Origin: Anaerolineae bacterium
GTDB taxonomy: Bacteria > Chloroflexota > Anaerolineae > Anaerolineales > E44-bin32
Length of the DNA stretch: 64,000 nucleotides
Assembly: GCA_011192015.1 (NCBI GenBank)
Contig: DUET01000085.1
Span: 20,648 to 84,647 of the forward strand
Reading direction: 5' to 3'
Positions 35,035 to 42,384 of this stretch are shown here, one piece after another (position 1 is the stretch's first letter; the number at the start of each line of letters is the position of its first letter). The position numbers and the translations under genes were made by a program. The notes under the pieces were generated by a model. The model made no database searches. It had not been told where the DNA came from and was given only the letters and a program-made list of their open reading frames with translations.

Positions 35035-36387
35035 ATGGCTCCCAGAACAATTAAAGTTGACGCGCTTGTCGTCGGAGGCGGTATCGCAGGGATGCAATCC
35101 GCGCTCGACCTGGCCGATCAAGGCTATCAGGTGGCGCTGGTGGAGAAGCAGCCCAGTATCGGTGGCAAGATGATCGAGCTGAGCAAGGTCTTCCCAACCC
35201 TGGATTGTTGCAGCTGCATCACAACACCGAAGATGTCAGCCGTCGCTCATAACAGCAACATCCAACTCTTTACGTACTGCGATATTCAATCCGTTGACAA
35301 GCAGGGGGACGGGCGTTTCGTAGCGCAGGTCATCCAGAAGCCTCGCTACGTGGACATTGAAACATGCACGGCCTGCCGGCAATGTGAATACGCCTGCCCG
35401 ATCGACCTTCCACATCCCTTTGACCAGAATCTCGGCGTCCACCGTGCAATCTATGTTCCCTTCTCCACGGCCGTACCTCAGAAGGCATTGATCGACATCG
35501 ATAATTGCATTCTTTGCGGCAAGTGTGAGCGGGTGTGCCCGGTGGGATGTGTGGATTTCACACAACAACCGGAAGAGCTGGCCATCGAAGCCACGGCAAT
35601 CGTTCTGGCTACGGGCTTTGAGATCACCCCTACGGACGCCAAAGCAGAATATGGCGGTGGAAAACTGCTCAACGTGGTCAATGCCCTCACCGTCGAACGC
35701 TTGCTGGCACCAACGGGGCCGTATGGACATGTTCTTCGACCGTCTGATGGTAAGGAACCCGATTCGATCGCCTATATTCAGTGTGCGGGCTCCAGGGATA
35801 AATCCCTGGGTGTGGAATATTGCTCCCGCATCTGCTGCATGTATGCCATCAAGCAGTCGATGTTGATCTCCGGAGCGCTCCCCCTGGCGGACATCGCCAT
35901 CTACTACATGGACATCCGGACTTTCGGCAAAGGCTACGACCAGTTCTATCAGACGGCCAAAGCCATGGGTGTCCAATTCATCAAAGGAAAGGTTGCCAAA
36001 ATCACGGAGGACGAGAACCAGAATCCCATCGTGCGCGTGGAACTCATCGATGAGGGGTCCCAGGTCGTCGAGCGACAGCATGACATGGTTGTGCTCTCCG
36101 TGGGCATGGTGTCCAAGTATGATCCACGCACGATCTACGATGTGAACGTGGCAGGCGATGGTTTCGTAGACACACCGCTCACGAACGTCTCGCCCTGCGT
36201 AACCTCCCGACCAGGAGTCTTCGTATCCGGCTCGGCCGCTGGCCCCATGGACATCGTGGACAGCATCGTGATGGCAGGCGCCGCAGCTGCCGAAGCAGCT
36301 GCCTACATCCAGGCGACGGGACCGAATGGTCACGGCGGAGGCAGATCTATTGCCGCTGGTGAAGAGAAGGAACTTGCCCATGCCTGA
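35035..36387 (+). CDS. HdrA/QmoA-like FAD flavoprotein with inserted 2x[4Fe-4S] ferredoxin domain
   Basis: Start ATG 35035 after GGAGGAG. Contains VVGGGIAGMQSALDLADQG, FPTLDCCSC, CTACRQCEYACP, CILCGKCERVCP, IQCAGSRD..YCSRICCMYA. Confidence 0.9.
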   Translation: MAPRTIKVDALVVGGGIAGMQSALDLADQGYQVALVEKQPSIGGKMIELSKVFPTLDCCSCITTPKMSAVAHNSNIQLFTYCDIQSVDKQGDGRFVAQVIQKPRYVDIETCTACRQCEYACPIDLPHPFDQNLGVHRAIYVPFSTAVPQKALIDIDNCILCGKCERVCPVGCVDFTQQPEELAIEATAIVLATGFEITPTDAKAEYGGGKLLNVVNALTVERLLAPTGPYGHVLRPSDGKEPDSIAYIQCAGSRDKSLGVEYCSRICCMYAIKQSMLISGALPLADIAIYYMDIRTFGKGYDQFYQTAKAMGVQFIKGKVAKITEDENQNPIVRVELIDEGSQVVERQHDMVVLSVGMVSKYDPRTIYDVNVAGDGFVDTPLTNVSPCVTSRPGVFVSGSAAGPMDIVDSIVMAGAAAAEAAAYIQATGPNGHGGGRSIAAGEEKELAHA

Positions 36388-38443
36388 AAAACATGATTCC
36401 AAAGCCGCTGCAAAAGCAAAGTCCTCGCCCAAGGAAGAAGAAGTACGAATTGGTGCGTACACTTGCTACTGCGGAGGCAACATCAGTGACGTTGTCTACT
36501 GCGAGAAGGTCGCGGAAGCACTCGCCAAACTGCCGAATGTGGTGGTCTCGCGGACAGACATGTCCATGTGCTCCGACGCGGGTCAAGCCAAGATCGAGGA
36601 AGACATCCGCGAGCATGGTGTCAATCGAGTGGTGGTTGGCGCATGCGCGCCATCACTTCACGAGCAGACATTCCGCGGAACCGTTCAACGAGCAGGTCTG
36701 AATCCTTTCTTCTACCATCATGTGGGCCTTCGGGAGCAAGATAGCTGGGTCCATCATGACCGCGTCGCTGCAACCAAGAAGGCCATTCGCCTCATGTCAG
36801 CCGGCATTGCCAAGGCCAGGCTGCTGGAACCCCTGGAGCATATTCGCTTGTCGGCTGAAAAGCATGCACTCGTGATCGGCGGGGGTATCGCTGGATTGCG
36901 GGCTGCAAGGGATATCTCCAGGCGAGGCCTGAAGGTGACGCTCATCGAGCGGTCTCCCTTCCTGGGCGGCCACATGGCGCAACTGGAAAGCATCTTTCCC
37001 ACGGAGGAAGATGCCCGGACTGTGCTGCATGGTTTGATCGAGGAAGTGGCGGCAGATCCCAACATCACCCTGTATACGAGTTCCGAATTGACCGGTGTGC
37101 GCGGCTATGTGGGTGACTACCAGGTTCAGATCACGCAGCAATCACGCGGCGTCGATGAAGACGTTGCCGAAGAAGCCATGGCTGCTTGTACGCTGGAAGT
37201 GCCGGATGATTACAACTACGGTCTCACCCAACGCAAGGTCATCTACAAAGCCTATCCCGGATGCTACCCTCCAACCCCGGCCGTGGATTGGAAGAACATC
37301 CCTGATGGCAAGCTTGAGCTCAAGATGAATGGCAAGAAGATCAAGCTCGAGAACAAGCCCAAGACCATCGATGTCAAGGTTGGTGCCATCGTCATCGCAA
37401 CCGGTTTCACGCCCTACGAGCCTCGCAAGGGCGAATATGGTTACGGGGAGCTTCCGGAAGTTGTCACCATGCCGCAGTTCATCCGTCTCCTGGCGATGGC
37501 GCCGAAGGGTGAAGAGCTGGTCATCAACGAAAAACCTGTCCGCAACATCGGCTTCATCCACTGCGTGGGCAGCAGGCAGATCGATGATGTCCACGAACCT
37601 CAGCCGGACGGCGAAGTGAACAACTACTGCTCACGCGTGTGCTGTACGGCCACGCTGCATCTCGCCAACGACCTGCGGCATCGTTTCCCGGATTTGAACA
37701 TCTTCGATGTCTATGAGGATATCCGCACGTACGGGCGCGGGCACGAGGACTACTACATCGAAGCCTCGGAGAACCGCGTGGTGTTCCTACGCTTCCACGG
37801 CGAAGAGCCGCCGGAGGTGGTCGCCTCACCCGATGATGATGTCAGCCCTGTGCAGATCAAGCTCAAGGACTACCTCACCTGGGGAGAGGAAGTGGAAGTC
37901 CCTGCCGATCTGATCGTTCTTGCCGTGGGCATCATGCCCAATCCGGTGGACGATCTGATCAATCTTCTGAAGGTTTCGCCGGGGACGGACAGATTCCTGC
38001 TCGAGGTCCATCCCAAGCTGCGACCTGTGGAGACCGCCGTGCCGGGAATCGTCCTGGCAGGCACCGCGCAGGGACCGATGACGATCCAGGAGAGTTGCGC
38101 AGCAGCATCTGCGGCCGCCGCCAAAGTCAGCGTGCTCCTGAGCCAAGGTCTGGTGGAACTCGAACCTTATGTGGCGCGCGTCGATCTCGACCTTTGTAAA
38201 GGATCCGGCGAGTGCGTGGAAGTCTGCGCCTATGAGGATGCCATCACGCTTGAGAGCATGACCATCGGTGGGAAGGAAGTCAAGCGTGCCGTAGTAAGCC
38301 CGGCGAATTGTGCCGGCTGCGGGGCGTGCGTGAGTGCCTGTCCCAACCGAGCCATCGACCTTCAAGGATGGACGCTGGGGCAGTATCAATCCATGATCGA
38401 AGCCATCGTGGCGGAGATCCCCGCCGTGGAGATCGAGTCATGA
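36380..38443 (+). CDS. HdrA/QmoB-like flavoprotein (HdrA N-domain + FAD domain + C-terminal 2x[4Fe-4S])
   Basis: Start ATG 36380 overlaps the upstream stop by 8 nt. Contains IGAYTCYCGGNISD, VIGGGIAGLRAARD, FIHCVGSRQ..NYCSRVCC, CKGSGECVEVC, CAGCGACVSACP. Confidence 0.9.
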   Translation: MPEKHDSKAAAKAKSSPKEEEVRIGAYTCYCGGNISDVVYCEKVAEALAKLPNVVVSRTDMSMCSDAGQAKIEEDIREHGVNRVVVGACAPSLHEQTFRGTVQRAGLNPFFYHHVGLREQDSWVHHDRVAATKKAIRLMSAGIAKARLLEPLEHIRLSAEKHALVIGGGIAGLRAARDISRRGLKVTLIERSPFLGGHMAQLESIFPTEEDARTVLHGLIEEVAADPNITLYTSSELTGVRGYVGDYQVQITQQSRGVDEDVAEEAMAACTLEVPDDYNYGLTQRKVIYKAYPGCYPPTPAVDWKNIPDGKLELKMNGKKIKLENKPKTIDVKVGAIVIATGFTPYEPRKGEYGYGELPEVVTMPQFIRLLAMAPKGEELVINEKPVRNIGFIHCVGSRQIDDVHEPQPDGEVNNYCSRVCCTATLHLANDLRHRFPDLNIFDVYEDIRTYGRGHEDYYIEASENRVVFLRFHGEEPPEVVASPDDDVSPVQIKLKDYLTWGEEVEVPADLIVLAVGIMPNPVDDLINLLKVSPGTDRFLLEVHPKLRPVETAVPGIVLAGTAQGPMTIQESCAAASAAAAKVSVLLSQGLVELEPYVARVDLDLCKGSGECVEVCAYEDAITLESMTIGGKEVKRAVVSPANCAGCGACVSACPNRAIDLQGWTLGQYQSMIEAIVAEIPAVEIES

Positions 38444-38745
38444 CCGATAAGAAGGAAGACACCAAGAATCGAGCGGCCATGTTGAAGAGCTTGCGCGAGA
38501 AGCATAAGGAGACCGTGGAGAAAACCCAGGCTCTGCTCAAACACAATCAATCCATCCGCAAGCAGATTCGTCAGGCCATGCAATCGGGTCCCATGACGGT
38601 CCCCGAGGTAGCTGAAGCCACAGGCCTCCCCTCCGATCGGGTCCTATGGCACGTAACCGCCATGAAGAAATACGACCTCGTACGAGAGGTGGGTATGAGT
38701 GGTGAGTACTATCAGTATGAATTGGCACAAAAGGAGAATCAATGA
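38440..38745 (+). CDS. Small winged-helix-like protein, translationally coupled on both sides
   Basis: 101 aa (MTDKKEDTKNRAAMLKSLREKHKE...MTVPEVAEATGLPSDRVLWHVTAMKKYDLV). ATGA overlaps with both the upstream stop and the downstream start. Confidence 0.7.
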   Translation: MTDKKEDTKNRAAMLKSLREKHKETVEKTQALLKHNQSIRKQIRQAMQSGPMTVPEVAEATGLPSDRVLWHVTAMKKYDLVREVGMSGEYYQYELAQKENQ

Positions 38746-39914
38746 GCAACCGTGTCGATCCCTCCTTGATCAAAGAATTGAAAGAGTATGGGGCTGTCAA
38801 CATCGAGGCTTGCTTCAACTGCGGCAATTGCACGGCCATCTGCCCGTTGACGGATAGCAAGCACTCCTTCCCTCGGAACATGATCCGCCTCGTTCAGATG
38901 GGTTTTCGCAAGCGCATTATGAAAACCCCGGATCCATGGCTGTGCTATTACTGCGGGGATTGCAGTGATACCTGTCCCCGGGAAGCAGAGCCTGCGGAAA
39001 CCATGATGGCTTTACGCAGATGGCTTACAGCGCAGTACGACCGCTCGGGTCATGGCGCGAAGCTGTACACTTCCGAAAAAGCCGTGTGGAAGGCGATCCT
39101 GCAGTATTCCATGATCCCGGTGATCCTGCTCCTGATCTTCCATGGTCTTAAGGCCCTCGGCGTACCAGGGCTCGACAGCTTCGAAATCGTCACCGATCGT
39201 GTGGCGTTGAACGCCTTCGCACCCGTCTTCTGGGTCTGGGCGGTCGTGCTGATCGATTTCGTGCTGCTGGGCTCGCGCCTTGTGAGGAACATCGTGCATA
39301 TGTTCCAACTCGTGATGGGAGAGTTGGGCAGGAAAATACCCCTACGTATCTACATCCAGGAATTCAAGACCTTCCTGCTTCACACGATCACACAGAGACG
39401 TTGGTTGGATTGTGGCGAGGATCGGAAGCGATGGTTCAAGCATCTGCTCCTGATCTCCGGCTATGCAACCATGCTGATCTTGATCGTGGGCTTGTTGTGG
39501 TGGTTCCAGACGGATGAACTCTATCCGCTCTTCCACCCACAGCGCCTGTTGGGATACTACGCCACCGTCGTGCTGCTCTACGCCACAGGGGAGGCGTTGA
39601 TCGGTCGTTTGCGCAAGCGCGAACAAATCCATCGCTTCTCGCATCCGAGCGATTGGTTGTTCCCGGCATTCATCTTTGCAGGAACGGTCACCGGCATCTT
39701 GGTGCACATTTTCCGCTATGCCGGATGGCCCTGGCCGACCTATCTCATGTATGTCCTGCATGTCATGGTGATGATTTCCATGCTGGATACAGAAGTGGGT
39801 ATCGGGAAGTGGACGCATCTCTTCTATCGACCGCTGGCCATGTACTTGGAGAGGGTCAAGGAAAGGGCGGCAGAAGAGCCCGCGCCGGAACTTGCGCCAG
39901 TTGGAGCTGACTGA
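38742..39914 (+). CDS. QmoC-like membrane subunit: HdrC-type 2x[4Fe-4S] domain fused to a multi-TM (NarI/HdrE-like) domain
   Basis: 390 aa. N-terminal CFNCGNCTAICP and CYYCGDCSDTCP, then about 6 hydrophobic helices carrying several His (FHGL, HMFQL, LLHTI, KHLLL, LVHIF, LHVMV). Confidence 0.8.
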   Translation: MSNRVDPSLIKELKEYGAVNIEACFNCGNCTAICPLTDSKHSFPRNMIRLVQMGFRKRIMKTPDPWLCYYCGDCSDTCPREAEPAETMMALRRWLTAQYDRSGHGAKLYTSEKAVWKAILQYSMIPVILLLIFHGLKALGVPGLDSFEIVTDRVALNAFAPVFWVWAVVLIDFVLLGSRLVRNIVHMFQLVMGELGRKIPLRIYIQEFKTFLLHTITQRRWLDCGEDRKRWFKHLLLISGYATMLILIVGLLWWFQTDELYPLFHPQRLLGYYATVVLLYATGEALIGRLRKREQIHRFSHPSDWLFPAFIFAGTVTGILVHIFRYAGWPWPTYLMYVLHVMVMISMLDTEVGIGKWTHLFYRPLAMYLERVKERAAEEPAPELAPVGAD

Positions 39915-39959
39915 CTTCGAAAGAGACTGACGAATCCAATGTCTTAGAGGAGACACGAA

Positions 39960-40328
39960 ATGACCGATGAATTTCCCCCCATGGTGATCATCTGCAATCA
40001 CGGTGATGACCAGAGCGTCATGGCGGCATTGGTGATGGGGGCCGCTGCCGCAGCCACCGGTGAGAAAGTCCTCATGTTCTACCAGCCTGGAGCGGCGAAA
40101 GCTCTCGTGAAGGGCGAGTTGGAGAAACTGCAGGGTTCCAAGGGTCAGCCGGACCCGATCGATCTCTACGACTCGATCCTCACGCTCGATGGACGCTTCA
40201 TCCTGTGCGAATTAGGCCTGCCGATTCACGATATCAAGGAAGAAGAGCTGCGGGAAGGCGTTGAGGTGATGATGGCTTCGAGCTTCTTGTTCGAAGCCGA
40301 GGGGGCACATCTCACGTTCAGCTACTAG
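39960..40328 (+). CDS. DsrE/DsrF-like sulfurtransferase family protein (copy 1)
   Basis: 122 aa with MVIICNHGD..AALVMGAAAAATGEKVLMFYQPGAAKAL..FILCELG. RBS GAGGAG. Confidence 0.75.
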   Translation: MTDEFPPMVIICNHGDDQSVMAALVMGAAAAATGEKVLMFYQPGAAKALVKGELEKLQGSKGQPDPIDLYDSILTLDGRFILCELGLPIHDIKEEELREGVEVMMASSFLFEAEGAHLTFSY

Positions 40329-40374
40329 TCCGGAATCAAGGCAAATGATGCCAATCAAGAGGAGATGAAAGCCT

Positions 40375-40629
40375 ATGACAGATGCGATTACCCCCACGAA
40401 AACCTTGGACGTGAAGGGCAAGATTTGCCCGTATCCGGATATGGATACGATGACAACGCTCAAGAAAATGAAGAAGGGGGAAATCCTGGAGGTCCTGCTC
40501 GACTATCCGCTCTCTGTGGAACGCCTGCCGCGAAGCGCCAAGAAATGGGGACACAAGGTGCTTTCGATTGAGGCACTCGAGGGACCGAACCACCGCATTC
40601 TCATCGAAGCCTTTGGCTTGAAGGACTGA
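40375..40629 (+). CDS. tusA: TusA/SirA-family sulfur carrier protein (copy 2)
   Basis: 84 aa with LDVKGKICPYPDMDTMTTLKKMKKGEILEV (CPxP motif). Confidence 0.9.
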   Translation: MTDAITPTKTLDVKGKICPYPDMDTMTTLKKMKKGEILEVLLDYPLSVERLPRSAKKWGHKVLSIEALEGPNHRILIEAFGLKD

Positions 40630-40686
40630 CATGAGCCTGCGCATCTCTTTGAACGATGTAACCAAAACTCAAGGAGGAGACATCAA

Positions 40687-41733
40687 ATGACTCCGATCAT
40701 TCTTTCTGGACTTGGAATCGGGATTCTCTTTGGATTTGCGCTCCAAAGAGGAAGGTTCTGCATGAACTCTGCCTTCCGCGACATCGTCGTGTTGAAGGAT
40801 TACACCCTGATCAAGTCCGTCACCGTAGCGCTGCTGACAAGCATGGCCGGCTTTGCGATCATGGTCTTGACGAACACGATCACGATCAATCCCAAGCCGA
40901 TCCTCTGGGCTGGGAATCTGGTTGGCAGCTTCATCTTCGGCATCGGCATGGTCATCGCTGGGGGATGCGCCAGCGGCATCACCTATCGCGTCGGCGAGGG
41001 CATGGTGGGAGCGATGACGGCCGTCTTGGGTTTGATGATTACAGCAACCCTGACGGCAAGCGGATTTCTGGCGCCGGTCAAGAATTGGCTCCAGCAATGG
41101 AAGTACCCGACCGAAGGTGCCAGCGCAACCGTGGCCAGCTTGTTCGGCGTTGACTATCCCTACATGGCGTTGGGGATCGTGGTCGTGGCCGTTATCCTGT
41201 GGGTCATCTTGGCGCGCAGGAACAAGGAAGAGGCCGCCCCCAAGCAAGGTTCTCTGCTGAACCGCATCTTTAAGCAGGGTTGGGGCTGGCTGCCAACTGG
41301 AATCGCCATCGGTCTGGTCGGGATTGCAGCGTTTCCACTCTCCGCCGCCTCGGGCCGCAACTATCCCCTCGGGATCACATCAGGTTGGGTGAAGATCACA
41401 CAACTCGTTCTCCCCTCCGTTCCCACGGAGAATTCCTTGAAGTGGGACATGTGGTTGATCGTGGGGATCGTCGTTGGCGCCGCAGTGGCTGCGCTCATCG
41501 CCAAGGAGTTCAAATTCCGCGTTCCCAAGTGGACCGTTCTGATCCAGACCTTCTTTGGTGGCGCGTTGATGGGCTTCGGCGCTGTTTGCTCCACCGGGTG
41601 TAACATCGGCCATGTACTGAGCGGCATTCCCCAGCTCTCCATCGGGTCGCTGCTGGCGGGGCTGGCGATCGTGCTCGGATCCTGGCTTACGGCGTACTTG
41701 ATGTTCGTACGGCCCATGGCATCCGGAGATTAG
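40687..41733 (+). CDS. yeeE: YeeE/YedE-family sulfur-compound (thiosulfate-type) transporter
   Basis: 348 aa, about 9 hydrophobic segments. Three Cys-containing signature loops: QRGRFCMNSAFRD, AGGCASGITYR, AVCSTGCNIGH. RBS AGGAGG. Confidence 0.9.
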   Translation: MTPIILSGLGIGILFGFALQRGRFCMNSAFRDIVVLKDYTLIKSVTVALLTSMAGFAIMVLTNTITINPKPILWAGNLVGSFIFGIGMVIAGGCASGITYRVGEGMVGAMTAVLGLMITATLTASGFLAPVKNWLQQWKYPTEGASATVASLFGVDYPYMALGIVVVAVILWVILARRNKEEAAPKQGSLLNRIFKQGWGWLPTGIAIGLVGIAAFPLSAASGRNYPLGITSGWVKITQLVLPSVPTENSLKWDMWLIVGIVVGAAVAALIAKEFKFRVPKWTVLIQTFFGGALMGFGAVCSTGCNIGHVLSGIPQLSIGSLLAGLAIVLGSWLTAYLMFVRPMASGD

Positions 41734-41803
41734 TTTCCTAAATCCAAAGGATGTCGACCGGAAGGTATCGAGGTTGTACATCCGAAAATCGGGAGGATTC
41801 CCA

Positions 41804-42172
41804 ATGAGTGACAAGCAAGGTCCCATGGTGATCATCTGCAACAGCGATACCTCTGGTGTGATGCCGACCTTCATCCTCGGAGCATCCGGTATTGGCGTCG
41901 GGGAGGAAGTGATCCTTTTCTTCACCCCGGGCGGCTCCAAGGTTCTGCTGAAAGGCGAACTGGAAAAGTTCCAGGGGAAGAAAGGTCTACCCGATCCCGT
42001 AGAGCTCTTCAATACCATCCTGGATGAGGGTGGGAAGATCATCCTTTGTGAGCTCGCACTCGATAACAAGGACATCAAGAAGGAAGACCTGCGCGATGAC
42101 AGGATCGAAATCTTGAATGCGCCTTCCTTCCTGCTCGATGCACAGGGAGCAGGGATGACGTTCTCGTTCTAG
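41804..42172 (+). CDS. DsrE/DsrF-like sulfurtransferase family protein (copy 2)
   Basis: Start ATG 41804 after GGGAGG. 122 aa, colinear with copy 1 (MVIICNSDT..FILGASGIGVGEEVILFFTPGGSKVL..IILCELA). Confidence 0.75.
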   Translation: MSDKQGPMVIICNSDTSGVMPTFILGASGIGVGEEVILFFTPGGSKVLLKGELEKFQGKKGLPDPVELFNTILDEGGKIILCELALDNKDIKKEDLRDDRIEILNAPSFLLDAQGAGMTFSF

Positions 42173-42211
42173 TTCCAAGCATCAAACCGCAGCTCAACTT
42201 CAACTCGCACT

Positions 42212-42243
42212 ACGATGCCACTTCGTTCGCGGAGTGGCATCGT
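42212..42243 (+). terminator. Candidate intrinsic terminator closing the sulfur/Hdr cluster
   Basis: Perfect 11-bp inverted repeat ACGATGCCACT / AGTGGCATCGT with a 10-nt loop, 40 nt after the stop. Followed by AACTTTCATCTGTGTTTTC (T-rich). Confidence 0.65.
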
Positions 42244-42384
42244 AACTTTCATCTGTGTTTTCATGTGCGTATGATCCTTGCATGCATTGTTTCCTATGAT
42301 ATGATCGAAACGGGATCCCCGACCGAGTCATTTTACTGCTAAGGAGACCCCCATGTCTTCCAGCCTCGCTCGTTGAGGATTAGC

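Noticed and set aside
35236-36462. 408-aa minus-strand ORF antisense to the HdrA-like gene. Similar minus-strand ORFs lie at 39342-40001, 40669-41247, 41380-42078, 44247-44990, 45721-46599, 52493-53482, 53841-54695, 55379-55972, 56617-57246 and 60291-61076.
   Set aside because: Same reasoning: they lie antisense to strongly supported plus-strand genes and have no RBS, motif or domain evidence.
35035-39914. Reading the HdrA/HdrA/QmoC-like genes as canonical QmoABC, and hence as evidence for dissimilatory sulfate reduction.
   Set aside because: No sat, aprAB or dsr genes are visible in the window. Domain distribution differs from classical Qmo, and the neighbours are sulfur-carrier and import genes. 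I kept the neutral label 'Qmo-like'.
42353-42376. 7-codon upstream ORF (MSSSLAR) with a strong AAGGAGA Shine-Dalgarno sequence just ahead of the histidine kinase start.
   Set aside because: It is too short to evaluate. The SD-ATG pairing could be fortuitous, and the kinase has its own GAGGA RBS. It is worth remembering only if ribosome profiling becomes available.
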